Assembly (NCBI GenBank): GCA_022072205.1
Contig: JAJVID010000137.1
Span: 12,331-76,330 of the forward strand
Length of the DNA: 64,000 bases
Direction: 5' to 3'
From: Acidobacteriota bacterium
GTDB lineage: Bacteria; Acidobacteriota; Blastocatellia; RBC074
In this document: piece after piece, positions 43,201 to 52,924 of the stretch
Layout of the letters: each line of letters begins with the position of its first letter
Numbering within the stretch: the first letter of the stretch is position 1
Position numbers and translations under genes: made by a program
The notes under the pieces: generated by a model
Database searches by the model: none
The model's input: only the letters and a program-made list of their open reading frames with translations
Told to the model about the DNA's origin: nothing

Positions 43201-44396
43201 ATCACGGCGTCGCCATCCATTATTCATACCCTTCGATTCACGGCGCCTGGATCGTTGACGGAAAGATCGAAGAAAAGGTCGTCTATGATCCATCCAGCGT
43301 GACGATGCGGCGCTTCAACGCCAATCGCGACGGCTGGGTGAAGTCGCTGCGCGACGCCGGACTGCAATTCGATTTCATCGCTTACAGCGACATCGAGAAA
43401 GGCGGCCTTATCTCAAAAGGCTATCGAACATTCATCCTTCCGATGAGCGTGGCGTTGAGCGATGAAGAAGTAAAAGCCATCCGCGATTTCGTCAGCCAGG
43501 GGGGAACCGTGATCGCCGATGCGCTGCCGGGGATCATGGACAAACACTGCGCGTTCCGCACAGCGCGCGCGCTCGCGGATGTCTTCGGCGTCGAGCCGTC
43601 CCAATCGAACCGCGAAGCTGTCATTGCGATGAACGGAGAGCCGGGTTTGAAACTCGCGGGAGCGGCGCCGCTGCTCAATGAGGAAGGCCGTCCCGCGCTG
43701 CTTGAACACCGGTTCGGCAAGGGACGCGCCTATCTGCTCAATTTCTTTTTGGATCGTTACCCTGAGGACAGGGTCGAAAAGCGGAATGCGCCGACGCTGG
43801 AAAAAGTGAAACGCGTTCTGGCGGCGGCTGAGATCTATCCCAAAGTGACGCTCAGCTCCGCTTCAGGCAAACCGATAAGCGATTGCGACAGTTTTCTCTT
43901 CAAGAACGGAACAACCCAACTGCTGGGTTTGCTGCCGGGAAAAGATGGATCGGCCACGAACAATGTTCTCATAAAGTTCAACAAGGGCGGGGCGTTGTAC
44001 GACGTGCGTCAAAAACGGTATCTCGGCTCCGGCGCCACATTTGAAACTGAGATCGAGGCGTCGGTTCCGCGACTCTTCGCGCTGCTCGAAGGGCGGATTG
44101 CGGGAGTCGAGATTCAATCGCCCGCTGCCGCGCAACGCGGTGAAGAAGTAACCATCAACTTCCGCGTCCATGAAGCGAATCGGGGAGTAAATAATCTGCG
44201 CTCGGTCGCCAAAGTGGTAGTGACTGACGCCGCAGGCCGCGAAGTGAAAATTTACGGCGGCAACCGGGACATCGTGAACGGAGCCGGAAACATTCGCTTC
44301 AGAACCGCGCTCAACGACCCGGCGGGTCTCTGGCGAGTCTCGGTCACCGAAGTCATCAGCGGTGAACGGGCGCAAGCTGAGATCCGGGTTCAATAA
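40281..44396 (+). CDS. Large secreted protein with GH42-like (beta-galactosidase family) core and trimerisation-like domain
   Basis: 1371 aa. Signal peptide. CFSTHCMTAMRKWLKEEYGTLAALNNQWSASFRNW resembles the GH42 Cys-cluster/LN..W region. FILPMSVALSDEEVKAIRDFVSQGGTVIAD resembles the GH42M domain. The functional call is tentative. Confidence 0.5.
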   Translation: MILSAQAWRLFLLSLFINALATGVFCAELEVFASFENQAEVDAVRGSDGVKINASTRFPAWDGNSLEVIFPASGGRIETAKIPNDWRRHESLLIYVWSLQPAELKLRLRDARGGSFDHTFALRTGVNHLQLRLSRASALALGEMRALSLETSRGGTFYFDYFALDRFHPVLEERGRWDIDYSMAVETPHLQWARPFAGGRIKVWALAEVADGRGVVELAQRMEMDFKATSIGRRPGLNKWGFGDFYEQRASGGEDWKHAYSLAHSYIADDLLNGPEYDVILWPGIHPWESYPVEIRDEIRRRVERGAGLVLFYPNGGELRDLSPLRPKQPPGSEADRSEWKRTSDHYITRGVPLEAFPWGQIRVAGFEAAGDVLLKTAQGAPVLAVSKLGRGRVVAFGYHERGMIPDIENVFETGLRYAYHEYLWSLVSRAVIWAANREPQAAIRDLQLSANSLRVTLDRAPEGAEVGVILRSRFDEAEATERLPVNQQTATLTFPKPLSGGRHFAEAYLIEKGRGIDWAMRTFEVPAQTAIRDLALESDRVKLGATVNARVRLQAAGDCAITARLYDNYDRLLDERHYPVKAQGEVEQAISLTSTGALTRLARVDCEVSSNGVRADRRIQEVFILQPRQWDDYDIVMYLFGPSPIPGVWPAIDAQLRRLNVTTLSSYTLQHSKHANYNVQAQTRISGQESPDGAKRAYYSAMKKKYFETHDKKGLVREYCLNDPAYRDLIRNELKKLTAPWVPFSPLSYYVFEEPSLTCYEDDLDLCFSTHCMTAMRKWLKEEYGTLAALNNQWSASFRNWDDVTPDDTYEAQARGNYSSWADHRTFMEKTYAECVEFALDELKKIDPQAILLNSGTQVSGAHNAADYSRLNQFTRHLNAYSGGNQLDFHRAFNPELKISGGAGYGVLGKDVFYNFYSNLFKGSNGGAYVFWQYSTLDADLTMSQSGKDMEQGFRELRGEGIGKLVGLAAPDNHGVAIHYSYPSIHGAWIVDGKIEEKVVYDPSSVTMRRFNANRDGWVKSLRDAGLQFDFIAYSDIEKGGLISKGYRTFILPMSVALSDEEVKAIRDFVSQGGTVIADALPGIMDKHCAFRTARALADVFGVEPSQSNREAVIAMNGEPGLKLAGAAPLLNEEGRPALLEHRFGKGRAYLLNFFLDRYPEDRVEKRNAPTLEKVKRVLAAAEIYPKVTLSSASGKPISDCDSFLFKNGTTQLLGLLPGKDGSATNNVLIKFNKGGALYDVRQKRYLGSGATFETEIEASVPRLFALLEGRIAGVEIQSPAAAQRGEEVTINFRVHEANRGVNNLRSVAKVVVTDAAGREVKIYGGNRDIVNGAGNIRFRTALNDPAGLWRVSVTEVISGERAQAEIRVQ

Positions 44397-44448
44397 AACA
44401 ACCCGCGAAGTGATTCACAGCGCCGCATAGTGGCGAAGAAATACCCCA

Positions 44449-47400
44449 ATGGCGTTCTTCAATCTCATTCTTTACTTCAGTCTGCTGGCCGCGCCGATGT
44501 GGCAGGCCGCGAATCAAGCGTCCACAGTGCGATTCACACGAGGCATGCTGGAAGCGCCGACGTACACCTTTGGACGCTCGGAAGCCGTCGCGCCTCTTTT
44601 TAAATCGGCTGAAAGTCGCGGGCTTTATCCGTACGCGGCGCTTGATCGCGATTCGCTCAGCCGCCAACCGATCCCCGTCAAATACGAGTCGCTGACGCTG
44701 GAGAATGAATATCTGCGCGTCGTTTTGCTGCCGGAACTCGGCGGCCGCATCTGGTCGGCGCGAGACAAGATCGCCAACCGGGAAATTTTCTATACCACCA
44801 GCGTCATCAAGCCGACGGTCTACAACCAGCGCGAAGGCTGGCCCGCAGGAAACCTGGAAGTTTACGGCCCTTACGATGCCCACATGCTGACATGGCCCGG
44901 CGAGCCGTGGGCGTGGGCGTTCAGGCCGCATGAAGATGGCAGCGCCTCGATCACGCTTTCACACATTGATCATTTCTTCCGCAACAAAGTTTCGATGACC
45001 GTCACGCTGCGTCCTGGCCGCTCGTTCGTCGAACTTTCCGTACGATTGAGCAACAACAACGCGATGGCGAACCGGTATCTTTTGTGGACAAATGCAGGCG
45101 TCGCCGCGACTGAAGGCACACGCTTCGTCTATCCGATGACCAGAACGATCGCGCACGTCAGCTCCGACATCGGAACGTGGCCCATGTCCGGGGGCGTAGA
45201 CCTGAGCTGGTACAAAAACAATCCGAATATGCTGGGCGTGTTCGGCCTCGATCTGTACGACAATTTCATTGCCGCTTACGACCACAAATCCGATCACGGC
45301 GTGATCTGTTACACAAACCGTCAAATCGCGCGCGGCGTCAAAACCTGGACCTGGGGAACCGGCGATGCGGCAAGACGACAGATGGAGCATTACACCGATT
45401 CCGACGGCCCTTATCTGGAAGTGCAGAGCGGCAGATTCGTCTGGGACGGCAATTACGAATTCATCGAACCGGGAAGGATTGACGGCTGGACTGAATACTG
45501 GTACGGCGCGAGCGGGCTGGCCAACGAAGCCGGAGGGTTGATGACGGCTACCCGCGACGTCGCGCTTGGTTTTGAGATTACGGGGAAAGACCGTCGCGCG
45601 GCCCGGCTTGCGATCATGGCGACCGGGCGATTTCCCAACGCCACGCTCAGATTGAAAGCGGGCGATGACACAATCTGGACTTCGCAGCAAAATCTCTCGC
45701 CGGAAAATGTCTTCCGCCGGCAAATCGAGATAAAACCGGAAAACGCCGGACAGACGCTGACGCTTGAAATTCTTGCGGCCAACGGCGACTTGCTTGGGAA
45801 ATACGTTCAGCGCCCCGGCGGCAGTCATCCCGACGCGGTCTTTGCGTCCGATTCGATTCCGCGCCGCTTCGGAGCGGTTGAAGGATTGACCGCCGAAGAG
45901 TCGTTTCAAAAAGGGCTGGCGCACGAAAAGTTCGGCGAGATGGAAGAAGCTCGTCAGGCTTATGAAGCCGCGCTCGGCAAAGACCGCCTCTTCACGCAAC
46001 CGCATCTTCGCCTGGGAGCGATTGCGCTCGAACGTCTGCAATACGAATCAGCGATCAACCATTTCACGAAAGCGCTGGAACGCGATCCGGGTAACGGCGA
46101 AGCTCATTATTACCTGGCCGTCGCTTATTTTGAGTTGGGGAAGAACGAAGAATCGCAACGCCACTACTTCCGCCTGCTGCCCGCTCACGCCAAATACGAT
46201 CAGCGCGATTACGGGCTGGGGCTGCTGGCTTTGCGCGATGGCGATCTGCCTGAAGCCGCAAAATGGCTGGCGCAGGCGGCTGCGGCCTCGCCCACGCAGT
46301 CATCAATCAGGCAGGCATACGCCTATGCGCTGCGCAAACTGACGCGCAACGAGGAAGCCCGGAAAGAGATCGAAGCGATCCTCAAACTCGATCCGACAAA
46401 CGCCTTCGCGTTCGCCGAATCGTTCGCTCTCGACAATCCGCGATCCGCAATCCGCAATTCGCAATTGGACAATGCCTGCGCCCGTCACGAGCAAGGCTAT
46501 CTTGAACTGGCGACCGAATATATGAAGCTGTCGGCCTGGCAGGAAGCCGGAAGGATTCTTGATCGAGGGATCGCCGCGGCGACCAGCGCCGGGAAAACGC
46601 CCTACCCGATGCTCTATTACTACAGGGCTTTCGTCGCGGATCGGCTCAATGATTCGGCTGCTGTCCGGGATGCGGTTGCCGCCGCCCGCAGGCAACGACT
46701 TGATCTGGACATCTTCCCTTTCCGCCGCGAATCCATTCAGGTCTTAAATCGAATCCTCGCCATCGAACCGAAAGACGCCAACGCCGCATGTTTGCTGGGT
46801 GATCTTCTATATTACCGCGCGCGCCGTGATGAAGCGCAAACCGTCTGGCGCAAAGCAATCGAATCCGACCCGCATCACTTCCCCGCCCTCAGGGATTTGG
46901 GAATGTCCATGCTCGAAGAGGGGCCTGGAGCCGGACGCGCGGAAGAAGCTTTAAGCCTGTTGACGCGCGCGATGGCCGAGCGCCCGGATCATTTGCCGAC
47001 CACGCTGCTGGTAGCGAAACTGCAAGTGCGCGCCGGCGCTCTTGACGCCGCAAGGAAATCGCTCGAACAATCGCTTCGGAAACATCCAGGTAATGATCGC
47101 CTGCTTGAGCGGCTGGCGACCATCGAAACCCTGAACGAGAATCACGAACGCGCGCTTCAACTGCTGACAAATCATGTCTTCGAGCCGAGACACCAGTCAT
47201 ATTCGCTGCTCCAGCTTTATCAGGCTACCCGAATGATGATCGCGCTGAAGCGGTACCGGGCAGGCGCCGGTGCCGCCGCGATTGATCAAGTTCGGGCTGC
47301 GCAGACTCCGCCGGCCAGCCTGGGCGTGGATGATTTCGCGGCGTTGCAAAGCGCCCGCCTGCTTGTCTTCGAAGCGTTGTTGCAACAGGCGGCGGGTCAT

Positions 47401-47751
47401 CAGGAAGCGGCGAATCAATCCTGGGCTTCAGCCGCTGGAACCACGCACAAAGAGATTGACGAAGAAGGGTTGTTCCGGGCCGTCGCGCTGCTTCGAGAAG
47501 GAAAGAAAGAGAAGGCGGAAGCGTGGCTGAAAAATTTCACGACGGCCAACGAACGCGATCAGAGCGGAGATCGCGGCGCGGCGCGCGCCAAAAGCTTTTA
47601 TCTCGCTGGCGTCTACGCCGCATTTCAAGGCGAGCCTGAGCAGGCGCGCGAAAGCTTCCGCAAATGCCTGGAAATTGATCGGTCGCACCTATGGGCGCGG
47701 CAGGCGCTGGCGTGGCTTGAAGCGGGCTTGTTGAAACACCTGACGCAATGA
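44449..47751 (+). CDS. DUF5107-like domain protein with long C-terminal TPR array
   Basis: 1100 aa. Signal peptide. LTLENEYLRVVLLPELGGRIWSARDK matches my memory of DUF5107. The C-terminal half has repeated TPR-like A/Y/L patterns. Confidence 0.6.
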   Translation: MAFFNLILYFSLLAAPMWQAANQASTVRFTRGMLEAPTYTFGRSEAVAPLFKSAESRGLYPYAALDRDSLSRQPIPVKYESLTLENEYLRVVLLPELGGRIWSARDKIANREIFYTTSVIKPTVYNQREGWPAGNLEVYGPYDAHMLTWPGEPWAWAFRPHEDGSASITLSHIDHFFRNKVSMTVTLRPGRSFVELSVRLSNNNAMANRYLLWTNAGVAATEGTRFVYPMTRTIAHVSSDIGTWPMSGGVDLSWYKNNPNMLGVFGLDLYDNFIAAYDHKSDHGVICYTNRQIARGVKTWTWGTGDAARRQMEHYTDSDGPYLEVQSGRFVWDGNYEFIEPGRIDGWTEYWYGASGLANEAGGLMTATRDVALGFEITGKDRRAARLAIMATGRFPNATLRLKAGDDTIWTSQQNLSPENVFRRQIEIKPENAGQTLTLEILAANGDLLGKYVQRPGGSHPDAVFASDSIPRRFGAVEGLTAEESFQKGLAHEKFGEMEEARQAYEAALGKDRLFTQPHLRLGAIALERLQYESAINHFTKALERDPGNGEAHYYLAVAYFELGKNEESQRHYFRLLPAHAKYDQRDYGLGLLALRDGDLPEAAKWLAQAAAASPTQSSIRQAYAYALRKLTRNEEARKEIEAILKLDPTNAFAFAESFALDNPRSAIRNSQLDNACARHEQGYLELATEYMKLSAWQEAGRILDRGIAAATSAGKTPYPMLYYYRAFVADRLNDSAAVRDAVAAARRQRLDLDIFPFRRESIQVLNRILAIEPKDANAACLLGDLLYYRARRDEAQTVWRKAIESDPHHFPALRDLGMSMLEEGPGAGRAEEALSLLTRAMAERPDHLPTTLLVAKLQVRAGALDAARKSLEQSLRKHPGNDRLLERLATIETLNENHERALQLLTNHVFEPRHQSYSLLQLYQATRMMIALKRYRAGAGAAAIDQVRAAQTPPASLGVDDFAALQSARLLVFEALLQQAAGHQEAANQSWASAAGTTHKEIDEEGLFRAVALLREGKKEKAEAWLKNFTTANERDQSGDRGAARAKSFYLAGVYAAFQGEPEQARESFRKCLEIDRSHLWARQALAWLEAGLLKHLTQ

Positions 47752-47770
47752 TTCTGACGGAGAGAAAGAA

Positions 47771-50011
47771 ATGGAAAACCCCCTCAATACAATTCGGAGA
47801 AGTTGTTACCGTCGTCCAGCCCTTCTGTCCTTCAGCTTGGTGATAATGGTTTACGCCACCTGCAATTTGCTCGCTCAATCCTCAAGCATGCAGGAAGATA
47901 ATCTCAACGTGCTGGCCGGACGGGAGGAGTTTCGTTCGATCAGAAAGATGCTGCCCGACTCGCTCAGGGCAATCGCATTTAACCATCTGGCTGAACGTGA
48001 AAGCCGCGTCGCCGGTTTGAACACGCGCTCGGAGATCGAAACTCGACAACGCGCGATCCGTGAAACCATCCTGCGCGCCATCGGCGGATTGCCTGAACGC
48101 ACGCCCTTGAACCCCAAAAGCGCCGGAGTTCTGAAACGCGCGGGTTATCGGATCGAGAAAGTGATTTTTGAAAGCCAGCCCGCTTTTTTTATCACCGCCA
48201 ATCTTTATATCCCTGAGACGGGACGCGGGCCTTACCCCGGAATCCTGCTGCCGCTGGGACACGAAGAGGGCGGCAAGTCCAACCCGGATTGGCAACACCT
48301 CGCCATCACCTTCGCCAGAAATGGATTCGTCGTCCTGACCTGGGACCCGATGGGACAAGGCGAGCGCATTCAGCTTTACGATTCGGATTGGGGCGGATCA
48401 AAAGTCGGTCAAGCCACTACGGAACACACGGTCGCAGGCGCGCAATGCCTGCTGCTCGGTCACAGCTTCGCGCGCCATCGCATACACGACGGACTGCGCG
48501 CGCTTGACTATCTGGTCTCGCGGCCCGAAGTGGACGCGGCGCGCATCGGATGCACGGGAAATTCCGGCGGGGGAACGATGACGGCGTATTTGTCCGCGCT
48601 CGATGACCGCATCAAGGTCGCGGCCCCGTCGTGTTACATCACCTCGTGGAAGAGCCTGCTTGAAACCATCGGCCCGCAGGACGCCGAACAAAATCTGCCG
48701 CCGTTTCTCTCCGACGGGATGGATCAGGCGGATTTCGTTATTGCATTCGCTCCCAAACCTTATTTGATCGCCTCTGCGATTCAGGACTTCTTTCCGATCA
48801 AAGGAGCGCGCCAGACCTATAGCGAAGTGAAGCGGCTTTACGGCGTGATGGGCGCGGGCGACAAATTGAGCATGGTCGAAGTTGACGACAAGCATGGTTT
48901 TACTTTGCCGCGCCGGCTGGCCGCTTACCGATGGATGAACCGCTGGCTCAAGGGAAAGGATCAGGCGATTGACGAGTCGCAGGTTCAAATTGAAAGCGAG
49001 GCGGATTTGCGCTGCGCCGCTTCAGGCCAGGTCACAGTTTCGCTCGGCGGAGAGACGATCTTTTCCCTCAATCGCGCGGAAGCGGCGCGAGTCAAGCCGC
49101 GAGGCAAAGCGCCGTCCACTATTGATGAGCTGCGGAATTACCAGCAGGAGATTCGCAATCAGGCGCAGAAGCTGATCGCGTTTGAAAAACCAGCCGGGGA
49201 TCTGAAGCTAAGGAAGTTCGGCGAGATCAAACGCGCGGGCTATCGCATCGAGAAACTGACTTTCGAGAGCGCGCCCGGCATCGTCATCCCCGCTTTGATG
49301 TTCATCCCCGACGGCGCATCCGGCAAACGGCCTGCGGTGCTTTACCTGCACGAAAGAGGCAAAGCGGATGAAGCCGCACCGGGCGGCGAAATCGAAGGAC
49401 TCGTGCGCGCGGGCGCGGTAGCGCTGGCGATTGACTTGCGCGGGATGGGGGAGACGCGGGAAGAATTGGATCAATCGGATGCGTTCTCCAGATATTTTGG
49501 CGCGTTTGAAAGCGCGATGACGGCGATGCTAGTGGGCAGGACATTGATCGGGCTGAGAGCGCAGGACGTTGTGCGGGCGGTTGATCTGCTGGCCCAGCGC
49601 GATGATGTCGAGATGCGGAGCCTGTCAGCTTACGGGTTCGGCGGGGCCGCGCCGGTGTTGCTGCACGCGGCGGCGTTGGATGACCGGATCAGGAGTGTTG
49701 TTTTGAAAAACATGCTCGCGTCATACGAATCGGTCGTCACGGAGAAGATCAGTCAGCGGATTTTTGAGAGCGTTGTTCCCGGAGTCCTCGCCAAATACGA
49801 TCTGCCCGATCTGGCAGCCGCGCTGGCGCCGCGTCGCGTTACGATCATCAACCCGGTCAATCCGCGCGGACAGCGCCTGGATTTGTCTCAAGCCCGCTCG
49901 CGCTACGAGAACACGAAAGCCGCGTTTCAAATATCCGGAGCCGCGTCATCGTTTGTCATCACCGAACAAAAGCCGGGGCAAAGCCTGACCAGATTTTTTT
50001 ATGACCGTTAA
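47771..50011 (+). CDS. Two-domain alpha/beta hydrolase (catalytic + pseudo-hydrolase domain), paralogue of 55388..57607
   Basis: 746 aa. GYRIEKVIFESQPAFFITANLYIP, GNSGGGTMTAY elbow. The second half has GYRIEKLTFESAPGIVIPALMFIP but its elbow reads YGFGGAA. Confidence 0.75.
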   Translation: MENPLNTIRRSCYRRPALLSFSLVIMVYATCNLLAQSSSMQEDNLNVLAGREEFRSIRKMLPDSLRAIAFNHLAERESRVAGLNTRSEIETRQRAIRETILRAIGGLPERTPLNPKSAGVLKRAGYRIEKVIFESQPAFFITANLYIPETGRGPYPGILLPLGHEEGGKSNPDWQHLAITFARNGFVVLTWDPMGQGERIQLYDSDWGGSKVGQATTEHTVAGAQCLLLGHSFARHRIHDGLRALDYLVSRPEVDAARIGCTGNSGGGTMTAYLSALDDRIKVAAPSCYITSWKSLLETIGPQDAEQNLPPFLSDGMDQADFVIAFAPKPYLIASAIQDFFPIKGARQTYSEVKRLYGVMGAGDKLSMVEVDDKHGFTLPRRLAAYRWMNRWLKGKDQAIDESQVQIESEADLRCAASGQVTVSLGGETIFSLNRAEAARVKPRGKAPSTIDELRNYQQEIRNQAQKLIAFEKPAGDLKLRKFGEIKRAGYRIEKLTFESAPGIVIPALMFIPDGASGKRPAVLYLHERGKADEAAPGGEIEGLVRAGAVALAIDLRGMGETREELDQSDAFSRYFGAFESAMTAMLVGRTLIGLRAQDVVRAVDLLAQRDDVEMRSLSAYGFGGAAPVLLHAAALDDRIRSVVLKNMLASYESVVTEKISQRIFESVVPGVLAKYDLPDLAAALAPRRVTIINPVNPRGQRLDLSQARSRYENTKAAFQISGAASSFVITEQKPGQSLTRFFYDR

Positions 50012-51386
50012 TTCGACACAACAAGCGATCAGTTCGGCCACGAACGCCGCGTCAATGGCGGAGGGCGGCTTCAAGCGCGTCCTTTCGTTGTGGGATTTGG
50101 TCATCTTCGGTCTCGCGTTCATCGGGCCAACGGCGCCCTACTCGATGTACGGCATCGCCACCGTCAAATCGCACGGGCATCTGCCGCTTGTTTATGGCGT
50201 GGCGATGGTCGCCATGGGCTTCACAGCGCTGAGCTACGGACGAATGGCGACCGCGTTTCCCGAAGCTGGCTCGACCTACACGTATACGGCCAAAGCGTTG
50301 CGCCCGACCGTTGGCTTTTTCGCAGGCTGGGCGTTGATGCTGGATTACATTCTGATCCCGATGCTGAGCGTGATCTTCGTCGGGCTCACCGCCAACAAGG
50401 TCTGGCCGGAAGCGCCGTACTGGGTGTGGGCGTTGATTGCGGCTGCGGGAATCACCGCGATCAATCTGGGCGGAATCCGTGTCACATCGCGCGCCAACTA
50501 TTTGACCAACGCCATTATGGTGACGTCTCTGGTCTGGTTCATCGCGCTGGCGATCAGGGCGTTGCACGCGGGCGCCGGCGAAGGCGTTTTGTTTTCGACC
50601 AAACCATTTTTCAATCCACAGACATTCGCGTTTGGAGACATCGTCAACACAACCTCGCTCGCCGTTCTGTCTTTTATCGGCTTCGATGGAATCTCGACGC
50701 TGGCCGAAGACGCGAAAGACCCGCGACGCGACATCGCGCGCGCAACCGTGCTGGTGTGCCTGGTGGCAGGCGCGCTGTTTGTGATCGAGAGTTATCTTGC
50801 GCAGATGGTCTGGCCCGACTACACAACTTTTTCGCCAGTTGAAACCGCGTTTATGGACATCGGCAGGCTGGTCGGCGGCCCGGCGCTCTTCTTCTTCTTT
50901 TCGTTTGTATTGGTCGTGGCCGGGATCGCCAGCGCGATCACCGGTCAGGCCGGGGCCTCGCGGCTGCTGTGCGGACTGGGACGCGACCGGGTGTTGCCCT
51001 ACCGCATCTTCGGCTACGTGCATCCGCGATTGGGGACGCCCGTTTACAGCGTGCTGTTGATGGGCGGCGTCCATCTGGCCGGGGCTTTGATTTTGAAATA
51101 TACCGAGGCCGCCGAATTGGTAAATTTCGGCGCGTTCATCGGATTTATGCTGGTGAACCTGTGCGTCGTCCGGCATTACTGGCTGCGCCTGGGGCTACGA
51201 CAAGGCAGGCAGTCCGTAACCAATCTGCTCCTCCCGATTTCAGGCTTCGCCATCTGTTTTTATATCTGGCTTCATCTCTCGCCCTTCGCGCTGAAACTGG
51301 GCGCGATCTGGATGGCGCTCGGCTTTATTTACCTGTTGTTCCTGACGCGAGGATTCACGAGAAAAGCAGAGATGGGAAAGTGGTAA
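50001..51386 (+). CDS. APC-superfamily amino acid/polyamine permease
   Basis: 461 aa, about 12 TM helices. The N-terminal LSLWDLVIFGLAFIGPTAPY pattern resembles PuuP/PotE-like permeases. It overlaps the upstream gene by 11 nt. Confidence 0.85.
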   Translation: MTVNSTQQAISSATNAASMAEGGFKRVLSLWDLVIFGLAFIGPTAPYSMYGIATVKSHGHLPLVYGVAMVAMGFTALSYGRMATAFPEAGSTYTYTAKALRPTVGFFAGWALMLDYILIPMLSVIFVGLTANKVWPEAPYWVWALIAAAGITAINLGGIRVTSRANYLTNAIMVTSLVWFIALAIRALHAGAGEGVLFSTKPFFNPQTFAFGDIVNTTSLAVLSFIGFDGISTLAEDAKDPRRDIARATVLVCLVAGALFVIESYLAQMVWPDYTTFSPVETAFMDIGRLVGGPALFFFFSFVLVVAGIASAITGQAGASRLLCGLGRDRVLPYRIFGYVHPRLGTPVYSVLLMGGVHLAGALILKYTEAAELVNFGAFIGFMLVNLCVVRHYWLRLGLRQGRQSVTNLLLPISGFAICFYIWLHLSPFALKLGAIWMALGFIYLLFLTRGFTRKAEMGKW

Positions 51387-51437
51387 CGCCCTGCATTACG
51401 CGACACGCGGTAACTAAATCGAAACATTGGGACACCA

Positions 51438-51513
51438 GCCACAGAGATCACAGAGGACACAGAGGTGAAAGGCGAGTGTGCATTGTCTCTGTGCTCTCTG
51501 TGATCTCTGTGGC
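51438..51513 (+). terminator. Long hairpin (27-bp arms built from CACAGAG units) downstream of the permease gene
   Basis: gccacagagatcacagaggacacagag / ctctgtgctctctgtgatctctgtggc (2 mismatches, 22-nt loop), followed by taaaaacgttt. It begins 52 nt after the stop. Confidence 0.45.
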
Positions 51514-51560
51514 TAAAAACGTTTGTACCAATCTTGTATAGCCTGATTTAGGAGGAAATT

Positions 51561-52910
51561 ATGACAAGCGACAACAACACGCTCGACAGGCGTCAATTCC
51601 TGATCACGGGCGGCGCCGCGCTGGCGGCGGCGGCTCTGCCGGAGAGCGGGACGTTCCCGGCTGCGGCTCAATCCAAACGGCTCAGACTCGCTTTGACCGG
51701 GACGGGCGGGCGCGGTTCACAGACCTGGGGAGAAGAACTGGTCAAAAACTACAGCGATGTCGTCGAGTTCGCCGGCCTCTATGACATCAACAGCAAGCGC
51801 GCCGAGGCGGCGAAGAAATTGATGGGAACGAACGCGCCGGTCTTCAGAGACTTCGACCAGATGGTGAAAGAAAGCAGGCCGGACGCGGTGATCGTGACGA
51901 CCGTTGACGCCACGCACTCGCGCTACATCACGCGCGCGCTCGAACTGGGCTGCAACGTCATCACCGAAAAGCCTATGTGCACCGACGAAGAGCAATGCCA
52001 GACGATTCTGGACGCGGCCAAAGACGCGGAAAAACGCAACGGGAAGAAAGTGACCGTGACCTTCAACGCGCGCCATTCTCCCGAAGCGAAGAAGATCAAG
52101 GAACTGCTGATGCAGAAAGTCATCGGCGACATCATCTCCGTTGATTTCCACGAATACCTCGACACCAGTCACGGCGCCGATTACTACCGCCGCTGGCACC
52201 GGTACAGGGAGAACTCCGGAACGCTGCTGGTGCATAAAGCCTCGCATCATTTCGATCAGGCCAACTGGTGGCTCGATTCCGCGCCGGTCGAAGTCACGGC
52301 CTTCGGCGACCTGCGATTTTACGGACGGAACAATTCCTTCCGCAGCACGCATTGCCGCGCCTGCCCTTTCAAGCAGCAGTGCAAATTCTATTGGGATGTG
52401 ACGCGCAACCAGCGGTACGTGAAGCTGTATGTCGAGTGCGAATCCGAGGACGGATACCTGCGCGACGGCTGCGTGTGGAGCGAGAACATCAACATCTACG
52501 ACACGATGTCGGTGATGGTCAGATACGAAAACAAAGTTTTGCTGAATTACACGGCCAACACGTATGGGCCGCTGGAAGGCCAGTCGGTATCATTCAACGG
52601 AACCAAAGGGCGGCTCGATTATTTCGATTACACCGGCGGCGGACACACGCGCAATGAAATCAGGCTGACGCGCAGCTTCGGCAAATCGGAAGTGATCACC
52701 AATCTGGAAACCCAGCGCGAAGGCGGGCACGGCGGCGCGGACACTTCGATCCACGACCTGATATTCCGCCAGGCCTCCGCGCCCGACCCGTTGAACCTGC
52801 GCGCGGACGTGCGCGCCGGAGCGCTGTCGAGCCTGATCGGCATCGCGGCTTACCGGAGCATCGAGCGCGGCAATCAAGCGGTCAAAATTTCTCAACTGGT
52901 GAAACTCTAA
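51561..52910 (+). CDS. Tat-exported Gfo/Idh/MocA-family NAD(P)-dependent oxidoreductase
   Basis: 449 aa. RRQFLITGGAALAAAAL leader, Rossmann LALTGTGGRG, EKPM motif. ggagga RBS. Confidence 0.8.
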   Translation: MTSDNNTLDRRQFLITGGAALAAAALPESGTFPAAAQSKRLRLALTGTGGRGSQTWGEELVKNYSDVVEFAGLYDINSKRAEAAKKLMGTNAPVFRDFDQMVKESRPDAVIVTTVDATHSRYITRALELGCNVITEKPMCTDEEQCQTILDAAKDAEKRNGKKVTVTFNARHSPEAKKIKELLMQKVIGDIISVDFHEYLDTSHGADYYRRWHRYRENSGTLLVHKASHHFDQANWWLDSAPVEVTAFGDLRFYGRNNSFRSTHCRACPFKQQCKFYWDVTRNQRYVKLYVECESEDGYLRDGCVWSENINIYDTMSVMVRYENKVLLNYTANTYGPLEGQSVSFNGTKGRLDYFDYTGGGHTRNEIRLTRSFGKSEVITNLETQREGGHGGADTSIHDLIFRQASAPDPLNLRADVRAGALSSLIGIAAYRSIERGNQAVKISQLVKL

Positions 52911-52924
52911 AAGGAGAAAAAATC

